From NCBI GenBank assembly GCA_964491475.1, contig CAZBFO010000003.1, positions 136,766-200,765 on the forward strand: DNA of 64,000 bases, given 5' to 3'. The notes beneath the pieces are model-generated. The model was not told the origin of the DNA and searched no databases. It saw only the letters and a program-made list of their open reading frames with translations. This DNA comes from an uncultured Gammaproteobacteria bacterium. Lineage in GTDB: Bacteria > Patescibacteriota > Patescibacteriia > SG8-24. A program made the position numbers and the translations under genes. Of the stretch, positions 26,391 through 36,650 are shown piece after piece (the stretch's first letter is position 1; every line of letters begins with the position of its first letter).

Positions 26391-27071
26391 ATGTCAGTCA
26401 ACCTGCATGAGTCGTGGAAAAAGCGCCTTGCCGCCGAATTCGAGAAGCCGTACTTCGCGGCTTTGAGCGCTTTCGTGCGCGAGCAATACACGACCAAGGG
26501 CAAACGGATTTACCCTGCACCCAAGAACATTTTTGCCGCGCTCGACGCGGTGCCCTTCGACGACGTGCGCGTCGTCATTTTGGGCCAGGATCCGTATCAC
26601 GGTCCGGGCCAGGCACACGGCCTGTCGTTTTCCGTTCCTGATGGCGTGCAGATTCCGCCGAGCTTGCAGAACATCTACAAGGAAATCCGCAGCGACCTGG
26701 GCATTGAGCCGCCGCGCAACGGTAACCTCTCCGGCTGGGCGGCGCAGGGCGTGCTGCTGCTGAACGCCATGCTGACGGTCGAGGCGGGCCGTGCGGGCTC
26801 GCACCAGGGCAAGGGTTGGGAGGAATTCACGGACGCCGTCATCCGGGCGATTAACGACGGGCGCGAGGGGGTTGTGTTCATGCTGTGGGGGTCTTACGCG
26901 CAAAAGAAGGGCGCGCACATCGACCGGAAGCGTCATTTGGTGCTGACTGCGCCGCATCCCAGCCCGCTTTCGGCCTACGCGGGTTTTTTCGGCTGCAAGC
27001 ACTTCAGCAAGGCCAACGCGTACTTGCGCCAACGCGGTCAGCAGGAAATCGATTGGGGGAGAGAAGCCTGA
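26391..27071 (+). CDS. ung: uracil-DNA glycosylase, family 1
   Basis: Water-activating motif GQDPYHGPGQAHG, LLLNAMLTV, and the C-terminal leucine-loop HPSPLSA. Confidence 0.9.
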   Translation: MSVNLHESWKKRLAAEFEKPYFAALSAFVREQYTTKGKRIYPAPKNIFAALDAVPFDDVRVVILGQDPYHGPGQAHGLSFSVPDGVQIPPSLQNIYKEIRSDLGIEPPRNGNLSGWAAQGVLLLNAMLTVEAGRAGSHQGKGWEEFTDAVIRAINDGREGVVFMLWGSYAQKKGAHIDRKRHLVLTAPHPSPLSAYAGFFGCKHFSKANAYLRQRGQQEIDWGREA

Positions 27072-27136
27072 CGCGTCAAGCACGGCCACGGAATGAAAAA
27101 ACCTCCCCAAGCGGGGAGGTTTCGTTTTTGAGATCG

Positions 27137-28201
27137 TCACTGCAGCGTGACGTACAGCGGGTTGGTCCAAGCCCACTTGCGGTTGGGGCAGCGGACACGG
27201 GCGCGGACGTACCGTTCGGCTCCGGTCGCTTTGTAGCGGGACTCCGTCACTCCGCGCTCCGTCAGCGCGACTTCGCCGTCCTTGATGACGTAGTCGACGT
27301 CGCAGCTCTTGGGCAGCGTCACGATGACCTGCGGTCCGTCGACGGAGACGGAGCTGACCAGTGCGCCGCTGCTGGCGTAGAAGTTGCCGGCCTTGAGGTT
27401 GGCCATGATGTCCTCGCGCGTCTGGCGGTCCGCGAAGACGTTGACCGAAGCCGTCATGCAGTACGCCGAGCGCACGTCGTGGCAGTCGTCGACGGCCGTA
27501 AGGAAGGTGCGTTTGCCATGCGAGAGCAGGTAGTCGATGCGCGGTTCGGCGTTGTTGTTGGAGTCGTCGTCGCTGGCGTTCCAGACTTCGACGGCGTCGT
27601 AGTCGTGCACCTTGAGCAGCTCCAGGTCGGACCAGCAGGGGTCCTTGGGATAGCTGCCCGGCCAATCCGGGTGGTTGATCTGCACGAACCCGTCCTCGCT
27701 GCGCGACCGGTCGATGACTTCCTGCGGCCTGGCCTCGCCGACGGCGAAGGTCTTGGCGCCGATGCGGTTCTCGTGATGGCAGCGCAGGCGATCGTCGCCG
27801 CTCTGCCAGTTGTTCTCGACGCTCTGGATGAAGACGATGCCCGGCACGCCGGGGTCGGCGGTGATCCAGTTGTGGTCGGTGATGCCGATGAAGCCGTAGC
27901 CCGCCTTCTTGTAGGCGGCCACCACCTGGGCTGGCGGCTGGGTGCCGTCGGAATTGGTGGTGTGGGCGTGCAGCTGGCCGCGGTACATGTCGGCCTTGGG
28001 CCGGTACGGCGACTCGATCACGGCCTTGAGAGGGCCGCGCGGCTGCGCCGGAGGCGGAACCGTCGCTTGCTGCGCCGGGACCGGCGCAGTCTCGGGCTTG
28101 GTCGTTTCCTTATGCGCGCGGGCGGCGAGCAGCGCCAACGCACTCAAGATGGCCACGAACAGCGCGAGGAACGCGAGGCCCCTCATTTGATTTTGATTCA
28201 C
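27137..28201 (-). CDS. secreted/membrane-anchored PHP-domain phosphoesterase
   Basis: N-terminal TM/signal segment (GLAFLALFVAILSALALLAA). PHP metal-binding motif GQLHAHTTNSDG plus downstream His/Asp clusters (ITDHN, INHPDW). Start is either GTG 28201 (aaggag 8 nt upstream) or ATG 28186. Confidence 0.6.
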   Translation of the reverse strand: MNQNQMRGLAFLALFVAILSALALLAARAHKETTKPETAPVPAQQATVPPPAQPRGPLKAVIESPYRPKADMYRGQLHAHTTNSDGTQPPAQVVAAYKKAGYGFIGITDHNWITADPGVPGIVFIQSVENNWQSGDDRLRCHHENRIGAKTFAVGEARPQEVIDRSRSEDGFVQINHPDWPGSYPKDPCWSDLELLKVHDYDAVEVWNASDDDSNNNAEPRIDYLLSHGKRTFLTAVDDCHDVRSAYCMTASVNVFADRQTREDIMANLKAGNFYASSGALVSSVSVDGPQVIVTLPKSCDVDYVIKDGEVALTERGVTESRYKATGAERYVRARVRCPNRKWAWTNPLYVTLQ

Positions 28202-28347
28202 CGTACTTGCTCCTTCGGCGTACTGCCGAATTGGGGGAAAGGGCGATCCGTGCCGTGGCACGGGACGCGGGCATTCCAACAGAAATCGGCGCTTCGGTCA
28301 ATCATGGCATGGAAACAAAAAGCGGCCATGCTGGCCGCGAAGGAACG

Positions 28348-29157
28348 TCAGGCGTTCGGGTCGGTGGTGCTGTCGAAAAGCTTCGTCGCTGATGCTTCTA
28401 TGAAGCCTTCGAACAGTATGCCGCCGGGCATCGGGTATCGTTTGGCGAACTCGTAGTAGCACGCCGGAATGTCGCGCGCGCCGTCCGAGAAGCGGACGGG
28501 CACCGGTGCCGCCAACGTCGAGGATTGCTCCAGCAGCTGCGCGGGCGAACCTTTGACCTCGCCGCCCGACGAGTTCAGCGCGTGGCCGTTGGCCTTGAGG
28601 AAACGGTTGAGCGCGAAGATGTCCTGCATCTGCGGAAGGCGATGCACTGCCACCGTGAAGTGGTTGGCACGGTAGCCGAATGCGGCGACCCAGGCGGCGT
28701 ATTCCGACTCAAGCCGCAGCCGTTCGTAAGTGCCGTGCGTGACAGCGGGCCACGGCGTCCCGGACCACAGGAACTCCTGCCGCTGCACCAGGTTCGCAGG
28801 GAAGCTGTCGATCAGCTGCCGGACGGCGTACTGGAAGCCGGTGGAGAACGCGTCCGTTCGCAGCTGGCTGATGAACACCTTCGGCAGGGCCGCGTACGGC
28901 GGGTCGAGGTGGATGGCGACTGCCCGCTTTTCGGGCAGGTCGTAGTCGCCGCCGTGCCTGTAGCCGAGGCGAATGAAGTGGTAGGCGATCAGTTCCATGC
29001 GCACTTCCGGCAAATCGAAGGTGCGGAAGGCGACATGATCGTTGGGCACCTCGCCGCAGGCGCGCAGCAAGAGGTCATGGACCTCGCGGGCGCGGGGGTT
29101 CAGGTCGGCGTAGTCCGCCCAAAGGCGCTCGAGAAGCAGTTCGATGGCATGCATCAT
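28348..29157 (-). CDS. hypothetical protein
   Basis: Tandem ATG ATG at 29157 with a ggagac RBS. The longer ORF-track N-terminus is Ala/Gly-rich non-coding. Confidence 0.45.
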   Translation of the reverse strand: MMHAIELLLERLWADYADLNPRAREVHDLLLRACGEVPNDHVAFRTFDLPEVRMELIAYHFIRLGYRHGGDYDLPEKRAVAIHLDPPYAALPKVFISQLRTDAFSTGFQYAVRQLIDSFPANLVQRQEFLWSGTPWPAVTHGTYERLRLESEYAAWVAAFGYRANHFTVAVHRLPQMQDIFALNRFLKANGHALNSSGGEVKGSPAQLLEQSSTLAAPVPVRFSDGARDIPACYYEFAKRYPMPGGILFEGFIEASATKLFDSTTDPNA

Positions 29158-29302
29158 GACGTCTCCGTGTCTGAAAAAGGGCGACTCCTGGATGCAACGT
29201 AAGGCAAGACGGGCGATTTTGCAACATTCCGCGGGCGCGGTGCGGCCGCATTGCCAAATGACTGCCGAGCAGCTATATTTAGGTTTCCGAACTATCTCCA
29301 CT

Positions 29303-31072
29303 ATGGCCGAAAAGAATCCGACTGCGACCGCACCGCACGAAGCAGCGCCGAAGCCGAAAGGCCGAGGCCTTTTTTCGCTGCTCAAGCCGTATCGCGGCAC
29401 GGTCGCGTTGCTGGTGTGCCTGACCGTCGCCGCCAACGGGCTCGGCCTGGCGCTGCCCAAGATCGTCGCGGCGGCCATCGACGATTACGGCCGCGGCGGC
29501 GGCGTCGAGCCGAAGGTGGCCGCGTTTCTGGTCATCGCCGTCCTGGTCTTCGCGCTGACCTACCTGCAGAACGTGGTGCAGACCTACGCGTCCGAACGGG
29601 TGGCGCTCGACCTTCGCCGGCAGCTGGCCGCCAAGATTTCCGAGCACGAGTACGCCTACATTCAGAAGGTCACGCCCGCCAAGCTGCTCACCAACCTCAC
29701 CTCCGACGTCGACGCGGTCAAGTCGTTCGTGGCCCAGGCCATCGCCTCGATCATCTCGTCGCTGTTCCTGATCTTCGGCGCCAGCGCGCTGCTGCTCTAC
29801 ACCAATTGGAAGCTGGCAGTGCCGGTGCTGGCCGCGGTGCCGTTCATTGCCGCGCTCTTTTCGGTGGTGCTCGGCAAGGTCCGCAAGCTGTTCCGCAAAG
29901 TGCAGGAGGCCATCGACTGGCTGAACCGCGTCATCAACGAGAGCGTCTTCGGCGCCGCGCTGGTGCGCCTGCAGAACTCGCAGCAGTTCGAGTTCCAGAA
30001 GTTCCTGGACGCCAACGCCCGGGCGCGCGACATCGGCATGGGCATTTTGCGCCTGTTCGCCACGCTGATTCCCGTCGTCACGCTTGCTTCCAACTTGGCT
30101 TCGCTGGCGATTTTGCTGCTCGGCGGCCACTTCGTCATCGGCGGTTCGATGTCGCTGGGCGACTTCACCGCCTTCAACAGCTACCTGGCCATCCTCATCT
30201 TCCCGATATTCGTCATCGGCTTCATGAGCAACATCATCGCCCAGGCGCAGGCGTCGTACGGGCGCGTGGCCGAGGTGCTGCACAGCGAGGTCACCAAGGT
30301 GACCGGCGCGGCGCAGGCAGCCGCCGGCGGCGACCTGGCCCTCAAGAACGTCACCGTCATCTTCGGCAATCGCAGCGCCCTCAAGGACGTCTCGATGACC
30401 GTGAAGGCCGGCACCCGTACGGCCATCATCGGTCCGACCGCTGCGGGCAAGACCCAGCTGCTGTACCTGCTCACCGGCCTGCTCGCGCCCACTTCCGGCA
30501 CCGTCGAATACGGCGGCAGGAACGTCACCGACTACGACCCCGTCAGCCTGCACAGGCAGATCGGTTTCGTCTTTCAGGACAGCATCATCTTCAACCTGAC
30601 GGTGCGCGAGAACATCGCCTTCAGCGCCGCCGTGAGCGACGCCGACCTGGCCAAGGCCGTCGCCACCGCCGAACTGACCGACTTCATCGAGACGCTGCCG
30701 CAGAAGCTGGACACGGTGGTGTCCGAGAGGGGAACCAGCTTGTCCGGCGGGCAGAAGCAGCGCATCATGCTGGCGCGCGCCCTGGCGCTGAACCCCAGCG
30801 TGCTGCTGCTCGACGACTTCACCGCCCGCGTCGACACGCGTACCGAAAAGAAGATACTGGAGAACGTCCGTCGCAATTACCCGGGCATCACTTTGCTTTC
30901 CGTCACCCAGAAGGTCGCCACCATCGAGGATTACGACCAGATCGTGGTGCTGATGGAGGGCGACCTGCTGGCCGCCGGCACCCACGAGCAGCTGATGAAG
31001 ACCTCGCACGACTACGTGCTGATTCACGACTCGCAGCGCAGCACCAACGCCTATGAACTACACGTTGAGTAA
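29303..31072 (+). CDS. ABC exporter, fused permease-ATPase (type I exporter, half of a heterodimer)
   Basis: Six TM helices then an NBD with Walker A GPTAAGKT, signature LSGGQKQR and Walker B LLLDD. The ATG at 29303 overlaps the next gene by 20 nt. Confidence 0.85.
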   Translation: MAEKNPTATAPHEAAPKPKGRGLFSLLKPYRGTVALLVCLTVAANGLGLALPKIVAAAIDDYGRGGGVEPKVAAFLVIAVLVFALTYLQNVVQTYASERVALDLRRQLAAKISEHEYAYIQKVTPAKLLTNLTSDVDAVKSFVAQAIASIISSLFLIFGASALLLYTNWKLAVPVLAAVPFIAALFSVVLGKVRKLFRKVQEAIDWLNRVINESVFGAALVRLQNSQQFEFQKFLDANARARDIGMGILRLFATLIPVVTLASNLASLAILLLGGHFVIGGSMSLGDFTAFNSYLAILIFPIFVIGFMSNIIAQAQASYGRVAEVLHSEVTKVTGAAQAAAGGDLALKNVTVIFGNRSALKDVSMTVKAGTRTAIIGPTAAGKTQLLYLLTGLLAPTSGTVEYGGRNVTDYDPVSLHRQIGFVFQDSIIFNLTVRENIAFSAAVSDADLAKAVATAELTDFIETLPQKLDTVVSERGTSLSGGQKQRIMLARALALNPSVLLLDDFTARVDTRTEKKILENVRRNYPGITLLSVTQKVATIEDYDQIVVLMEGDLLAAGTHEQLMKTSHDYVLIHDSQRSTNAYELHVE

Positions 31073-32810
31073 GCCTTCCGGGCCGGCCGCACCCTCGTCG
31101 GGCTGGTCCGCGTTCAAGCGCTTGCTTCCGCTCCTCAAGGGCGAGAAGCGCGATTTGGCGTTGGCTGCGGCGACGGTGCTGATCGGCGCCGGCGGCACTT
31201 TGGCCGCGCCGTACATCATCGGCCGCACCGTCGACGGCGCCATCCGCGACAGGAACTTCAACGGCGTACTGCTGTCTGCGGTGCTGCTGCTCGCCATCTA
31301 CCTGGTGACCATGGTGGCCAACTACGTCCAGACCATCTGCATGGGCAAGGTCGGCCGTCATCTCCTGTTCAGCCTGCGCAACCTGCTGTTCAGCAAGCTC
31401 CAGGAGCTGCCGGTGGCCTTCTTCAACCAGAACAAGTCCGGCGACCTGATTTCGCGCATCAACAACGACACCGAAAAGCTGAACCAGTTCTTCGCGCAGA
31501 GCATCGTGCAGTTCACCCGCAGCTTCTTCATGATGCTGGGCACGGGCGTGTTCCTGCTGGCGCTCAATCCCAGGCTGGGCGCGGCGGCATTAGCTCCGGC
31601 GCTGGGCGTGCTGCTGCTCACGCAGGCGCTTTCACCGTGGGTGAAGAGCAAGAACCAGCGCAGCCTGCAGACCGTCGGCGGCATGAGCGCCGAGATTCAG
31701 GAGAGCTTGAGCAACTTCAAGGTCATCGTGGCCTTCAACCGCCTCGACTACTTCCGTGAAAAGTTCAACCAAGTCAACGAGCAGAACTTCACTTCTTCCG
31801 TGGGGGCCGGATTGGCCAACGGCATCTTCGTTCCCGTCTACGGCCTCGCCTCCAGCGTGGCGCAAGTCGTGGTGCTGGCCTACGGCATCGCGCTGATCGC
31901 CTCCGGCCACCTCACCGTCGGCTTGCTCATCGGTTTCCTGCTGTACGTCGACAACTTCTACATGCCGCTGCGCCAGGTGGCCGCCATCTGGTCGTTCTTC
32001 CAGCTGGCCATGGCCGCGGTGGACCGCATCTCCGAAGTGCTGGCCATGGAATCCGACATGAGCGTGATCCCCGCCGAACCCGTCGACTCGTCGGCCGTGC
32101 TGGAGTTCCGTGACGTCTCTTTCCGCTACGACGACGGCAAGGACGTGCTGCGCCACGTGCACTTCGCGCTGGAGGCCGGCAAGACTTACGCGCTGGTCGG
32201 TCCCACCGGCGGCGGCAAGACCACCACCGCCTCGCTGATGGCCCGCCTGTACGACCCGTCGGAAGGCGTGGTGCTGCTCGGTGGTCGCGACATCCGTTCC
32301 TACGCGCCCGAGGAACGCACCAAGAAGGTCGGTTTCATCCTGCAGGAGCCGTTCCTCTTTTCGGGCAGCATCCTCGACAACGTCTTCTACGGCCACACCG
32401 GTTTCGTAGGCAGCAGCGACGAGCAGAAGATCGCGGCCGTCAAGGAAGCCGGACTCGGCGGCCTGCTGGATCGCTTCGGCCGCGGTCTCGACACGCGGAT
32501 AGAGACCGGCGGCGAGAGCGTCAGCCTCGGTCAGCGCCAGCTGATCGCCTTCATGCGCGCCGTGCTCCGCAAGCCGGAGTTCCTGGTGCTCGACGAGGCC
32601 ACCGCCAACATCGACACCGTCACCGAGCAGCTGCTCGAAGAGACGCTCCGCGCCCTGCCCAAGACCACCACCAAGGTGATCATCGCCCACCGCCTCAACA
32701 CCATCGAGAACGCCGACGAGATTTTCTTCGTGAACGGCGGCGAACTGATGCGCGCAGGTTCGTTGCAAAATGCCGTGGATCTGCTGATGAAAGGGAAGCG
32801 GGAGAGCTAG
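31053..32810 (+). CDS. ABC exporter, fused permease-ATPase (partner subunit)
   Basis: TMD plus NBD with Walker A GPTGGGKTT, signature LSLGQRQL and Walker B LVLDEAT. Translationally coupled to the upstream exporter. Confidence 0.85.
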   Translation: MNYTLSKPSGPAAPSSGWSAFKRLLPLLKGEKRDLALAAATVLIGAGGTLAAPYIIGRTVDGAIRDRNFNGVLLSAVLLLAIYLVTMVANYVQTICMGKVGRHLLFSLRNLLFSKLQELPVAFFNQNKSGDLISRINNDTEKLNQFFAQSIVQFTRSFFMMLGTGVFLLALNPRLGAAALAPALGVLLLTQALSPWVKSKNQRSLQTVGGMSAEIQESLSNFKVIVAFNRLDYFREKFNQVNEQNFTSSVGAGLANGIFVPVYGLASSVAQVVVLAYGIALIASGHLTVGLLIGFLLYVDNFYMPLRQVAAIWSFFQLAMAAVDRISEVLAMESDMSVIPAEPVDSSAVLEFRDVSFRYDDGKDVLRHVHFALEAGKTYALVGPTGGGKTTTASLMARLYDPSEGVVLLGGRDIRSYAPEERTKKVGFILQEPFLFSGSILDNVFYGHTGFVGSSDEQKIAAVKEAGLGGLLDRFGRGLDTRIETGGESVSLGQRQLIAFMRAVLRKPEFLVLDEATANIDTVTEQLLEETLRALPKTTTKVIIAHRLNTIENADEIFFVNGGELMRAGSLQNAVDLLMKGKRES

Positions 32811-32900
32811 CTTCGGATTGACTTTCGGCCTCCCCCGGGCTTCACTACCCGCGTTCCGCCTTTCGCGGGACCGTTCCTTTCCCACGCAAGGAGTGCATCA

Positions 32901-34376
32901 ATGTCGCAGGCAAGCGAAACCCCGTCCCGCCAGATTTTGTCGCGGACGCCGATTGACGGAACCGTCATCGGCTACGTGACTGTCCGTCCGCGGGAGGAGT
33001 GCCCCGATGCAGTGGCAGCCGCGCAACGGGCATTTGAGCAGTGGCGGACGGTTCCTGCCCCCAAAAGAGGGGAGCTGATCCGTCATTTTGGCGAAGTGCT
33101 GCGTGAACATAAGCACGAGCTCGGCACGCTCATCTCCAGGGAAACCGGCAAGATCCTGCCGGAAGGCCTGGGCGAAGTGCAGGAGATGATCGACATCTGC
33201 GAATTCGCGGTCGGCCTCTCGCGGCAGCTGTACGGCCTGACCATCGCCTCGGAGCGGCCAGGGCACGTGATGCTCGAACAGTGGCACCCTCTCGGTCCGA
33301 TCCTGGTGATCAGCGCCTTCAACTTTCCGGCGGCGGTCTGGGCCTGGAACGCGGCTCTGGCCGTCGTCTGCGGCAATCCCGTCATCTGGAAGCCGTCAGA
33401 GCTGGCTCCGCTCACTGCGGAAACCTGCCAACACCTGTTTGCCCTCGCCAAAAAGCGCTTTCAGGGGACCGTCCCCTCGAACCTTTCGCAAGTGGTGCAG
33501 GGGGGAAGGGAGCATGCCGCAGCCCTGACCGCCGATTCGCGCGTGCGTTTGGTCTCGGCCACCGGCAGTTGCGACATGGGGCGGGCAATCAGGCGACTGG
33601 TCGCCGACGATCTCGGCAAGCGCTGCCTGCTCGAGCTCGGCGGCAACAACGCCATGATCGTCGCGCCCAGCGCCGACCTGGATTTGGCACTCCGGGCCAT
33701 CGTCTTCAGCGCAGTCGGCACTGCCGGCCAGCGCTGCACCACGCTGCGGCGCCTGTTCGTCCACGAAAGCGTTCGCGGAAAGCTGCTGCCCCGGCTGGTC
33801 GAGGCGTATCGGTCGCTGCGCGTCGGCAACCCGTTGGAGGAGGGCGTGCTGGTCGGCCCGCTTCGTACGCAGGCGGCTTATTCGTCCTTCCGATCGGCGA
33901 TCTTCAACGCCCAGCGCGAAGGCGGCCGGCTGCTGGTCGGCGGAACCGACGTGTTGCCGGAAATGACCGAAACGTTCTACGTCCGTCCGGCAATCATCGA
34001 CATGCCGGTCCAGACGCAAGGCATGTTGCAGGAAACCTTTGCTCCGCTGCTGTACGTCATGAGCTATGCCGATCTCGGCGAGGCCATCGCCCTGCAGAAC
34101 GCGGCGCACCACGGCCTGTCGTCGTCGATTTTCACCAACGACGTGCGCGAGGAGTGGCAGTTCCTTTCGGCGGCCGGTTCCGACTGCGGCATCGCCAACG
34201 TCAACATCGGCCCTTCCGGTGCCGAAATCGGCGGCGCCTTCGGGGGCGAGAAAGATACCGGAGGCGGACGCGAGTCCGGCACCGATTCCTGGCGCAATTA
34301 CATGCGCCGGGCCACCAACACCGTCAATCATTCGCGCGAACTCCCGCTCGCGCAGGGCATCACCTTCGGTGAATGA
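32901..34376 (+). CDS. aldehyde dehydrogenase (ALDH7/aminoadipate-semialdehyde dehydrogenase-like)
   Basis: ELGGNNAMIV, catalytic-Cys region GQRCTTLRRLFVHE, and NAD-binding GNPVIWKPSE. RBS caaggagtgcatcaATG. Confidence 0.8.
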   Translation: MSQASETPSRQILSRTPIDGTVIGYVTVRPREECPDAVAAAQRAFEQWRTVPAPKRGELIRHFGEVLREHKHELGTLISRETGKILPEGLGEVQEMIDICEFAVGLSRQLYGLTIASERPGHVMLEQWHPLGPILVISAFNFPAAVWAWNAALAVVCGNPVIWKPSELAPLTAETCQHLFALAKKRFQGTVPSNLSQVVQGGREHAAALTADSRVRLVSATGSCDMGRAIRRLVADDLGKRCLLELGGNNAMIVAPSADLDLALRAIVFSAVGTAGQRCTTLRRLFVHESVRGKLLPRLVEAYRSLRVGNPLEEGVLVGPLRTQAAYSSFRSAIFNAQREGGRLLVGGTDVLPEMTETFYVRPAIIDMPVQTQGMLQETFAPLLYVMSYADLGEAIALQNAAHHGLSSSIFTNDVREEWQFLSAAGSDCGIANVNIGPSGAEIGGAFGGEKDTGGGRESGTDSWRNYMRRATNTVNHSRELPLAQGITFGE

Positions 34377-34566
34377 CCCCGACTCGGCTTAGGGCCGAGT
34401 CTTTTTTATGAACGGCTATTTCGTCCACAGGCAATCTTGGGTAGGGAGGGAGGCTTGCGAAGGGTGTGGATAAATGGTATACTTACGGAGTAAACAAAAA
34501 TAAATAAAGCGTGTCTCGTTCCGCCAAAAGAAAGGCGAACGGCTTGGGCATGCGTAAAAACGCTCT

Positions 34567-35325
34567 ATGCAGCACGATTCTCTTTCCAAGGCAGAGCCGC
34601 AAAAGTCGTTGCCTCACCATGTCCATCCGCTGGTGGCTTGGACGGCAATCTTTAACTTCGCGCTGATTTTCAGCCTCGCGCCGACGATGATTTTGGCCCA
34701 GACTACCACTTCCGCGATGTCGGAGGGCAGTGAGGCCGTGGCCATGCGTCTGCCGGAATCGTCCAAGTTGGCTTATGCCCGCCACATCGCCATGGAGCAG
34801 GAGGGCGTGACGCCTTCCGATTCCCAGCATGGCAGCATGGAAGCTGACCGCAAGGGCGACCACAACAAGGGCGGCAAGGACATGGGCATGACGAAGAAGA
34901 TGGGCGACGGCGACACGGCGTCCTCGTGCGTCCGCAGCTGCCGAATCACCAAGTCCGATTGCACTCGCACCGCCGAGAGCAACGGTCCGGCCCTCCATGT
35001 CTGCTACGAGAAGTTCGCCAAGTGCATGGATGCCTGCGGCGTCAGCTTGGTCGCCGGCAGCAAGGGTGCCAAGTTCCTGATGTCCACCGGTCTCAAGGAT
35101 GCTGAACAGGCATATAAGGATGCGGCCGCCGCAGCCCGCAAGAAGCGCTCCGACGCCTTCAAGAAGGCGCAGGCGGACTTTGAGGCCGACATGAAGGCCG
35201 CGCAGGACGCTTTCAAGGCGGCGAAGGACGCCGCCAAGGCTGCAGCCAAGGAGACGTCCGCTTCCACCGACACGACCGGTACGACCACGGCCACCACGAC
35301 GACCGACAGCGGCAGCTCCAACTAA
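34567..35325 (+). CDS. membrane-anchored/secreted hypothetical protein with Cys-rich module and amphipathic Ala/Lys-rich helical repeats
   Basis: TM segment LVAWTAIFNFALIFSLAPTMILA; six Cys in SSCVRSCRITKSDCTRT...HVCYEKFAKCMDACG; a DAFKKAQADFEADMKAAQDAFKAAKDAAKAAAKE tail and a Thr-rich C-terminus. Confidence 0.45.
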   Translation: MQHDSLSKAEPQKSLPHHVHPLVAWTAIFNFALIFSLAPTMILAQTTTSAMSEGSEAVAMRLPESSKLAYARHIAMEQEGVTPSDSQHGSMEADRKGDHNKGGKDMGMTKKMGDGDTASSCVRSCRITKSDCTRTAESNGPALHVCYEKFAKCMDACGVSLVAGSKGAKFLMSTGLKDAEQAYKDAAAAARKKRSDAFKKAQADFEADMKAAQDAFKAAKDAAKAAAKETSASTDTTGTTTATTTTDSGSSN

Positions 35326-35529
35326 AGCTTTAACCAAAAGCGGCCCGAAGCTCATCGGGCCGCTTTTTCAGTTCTTGTATCGCTTCTCCCGGGCGTCCAC
35401 CCAGTACGGCATCGCAAAGAGGGAGGGAAAGGGTTGACGAACGGGAGAAAGCGTGGTAGGCATAGACGTTCGGGAAAGCCCATTTTTTGGCCTGGACACA
35501 GGTCGTTCACAACACAGAAAGGAAAAGCG

Positions 35530-36558
35530 ATGAGCGGAGGAAGTTACAGGGACTACGAAGGGTCGGTGGGAAAGGCCTACCGGGACTTGAACAGCGACGA
35601 TACGGCGGAGCGCGAACGCGCGGAACGAGCACGGATGTCGCGGCTCAACGAGGCCCGCAGCCGCATCGACCGCGGCGAGACAGCACCGCCTCCCGTCCGC
35701 GAGACGCGTGAGGTCTACGACCGGAAGCTGGCGAGGAACAAGATCACCGTGCCGTCTGCGAAGACCAAGAGCTTGCATGTCGTATTGATGGACAACTCCG
35801 GCTCAAACCAGAGGATCGCCGAGCACGCCAAGAAGAGCTCGGGCTACATGCTGTCCATCCTGGGCATCATCGACCCGACTTCGCAGATCGCCTTCGACTA
35901 CTTCAGCGACCACTGCGACGGCGACGGGCTGATGCAGGAGGTCGACTACGTCTCGCCGGGCGAGAAGGGCGACAAGATCATGCATTCGTCGATCGCCTGC
36001 GTCAGGCCGGCGGGCGGCGGCGACGCGCCCGAGGCCATCGAGTGCGCGTTGTGGTCGGCCTGCGAGTACGACTTCGGTCACGTGCAGGACCGCCACCTCT
36101 ACCTCGTTTCCGACGTGGTGGCCCACGGCATGGGGATGCGCGAAGACGACGGCTGTCCGGACGGCCGCGACTGGAAGGAGGCGCTGGCCCGCGTCCGGAA
36201 GACCTACCGTTCGTTCGAGGTCGTCGGCAGCGGCAGCGACACGCAGACGGCGAGGCTGCAGCATCAGTTCGTGGCCAAGGATCGCGTCGGGTTCGATTTC
36301 ATCGACCTGTCCGAGATTCCCACCCACGAGCATCGCTGCGGCATCACCGTCAACACGCTGCTGTTCCTGATCGCGCGGCGACGGGGAATGCAGTGCGTCG
36401 AGACCTTCCTGATGACGCTCTACGAGAAGTGGCTGACCGAGCCGATCTTCGGCGCAAACACCGACCTGGGAGCCCGCGAAGCCATCACGCGCTTCGTCCA
36501 GTTCCTGGAGGTCGACGAGCCGGCGCGGAAGAAGCTGCTCGAGCGCATCTTCGCCTGA
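35530..36558 (+). CDS. von Willebrand factor A (vWA/MIDAS) domain protein, TerY-like
   Basis: The ATG at 35530 has RBS aaaggaaaag. MIDAS motif LHVVLMDNSGSN (DxSxS), later GGGDAPEAIECAL and SDVVAHG (Rossmann-like vWA fold). Confidence 0.65.
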   Translation: MSGGSYRDYEGSVGKAYRDLNSDDTAERERAERARMSRLNEARSRIDRGETAPPPVRETREVYDRKLARNKITVPSAKTKSLHVVLMDNSGSNQRIAEHAKKSSGYMLSILGIIDPTSQIAFDYFSDHCDGDGLMQEVDYVSPGEKGDKIMHSSIACVRPAGGGDAPEAIECALWSACEYDFGHVQDRHLYLVSDVVAHGMGMREDDGCPDGRDWKEALARVRKTYRSFEVVGSGSDTQTARLQHQFVAKDRVGFDFIDLSEIPTHEHRCGITVNTLLFLIARRRGMQCVETFLMTLYEKWLTEPIFGANTDLGAREAITRFVQFLEVDEPARKKLLERIFA

Positions 36559-36589
36559 CGGCGTCGCGGAATAGGCCGTGACGCACCTT

Positions 36590-36619
36590 GGCCGCGGCGA
36601 AAGTCGCGGCCGTTTTTTA
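36590..36619 (+). terminator. intrinsic terminator/attenuator hairpin between the vWA and kinase genes (ggccgcg-gcgaaagt-cgcggcc + gtttttta)
   Basis: Perfect 7-bp GC stem plus T6. The kinase gene has its own RBS 20 nt later. Confidence 0.5.
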
Positions 36620-36650
36620 TCCCGGCAGTCATGCCAAGAAGGAGAAAGTC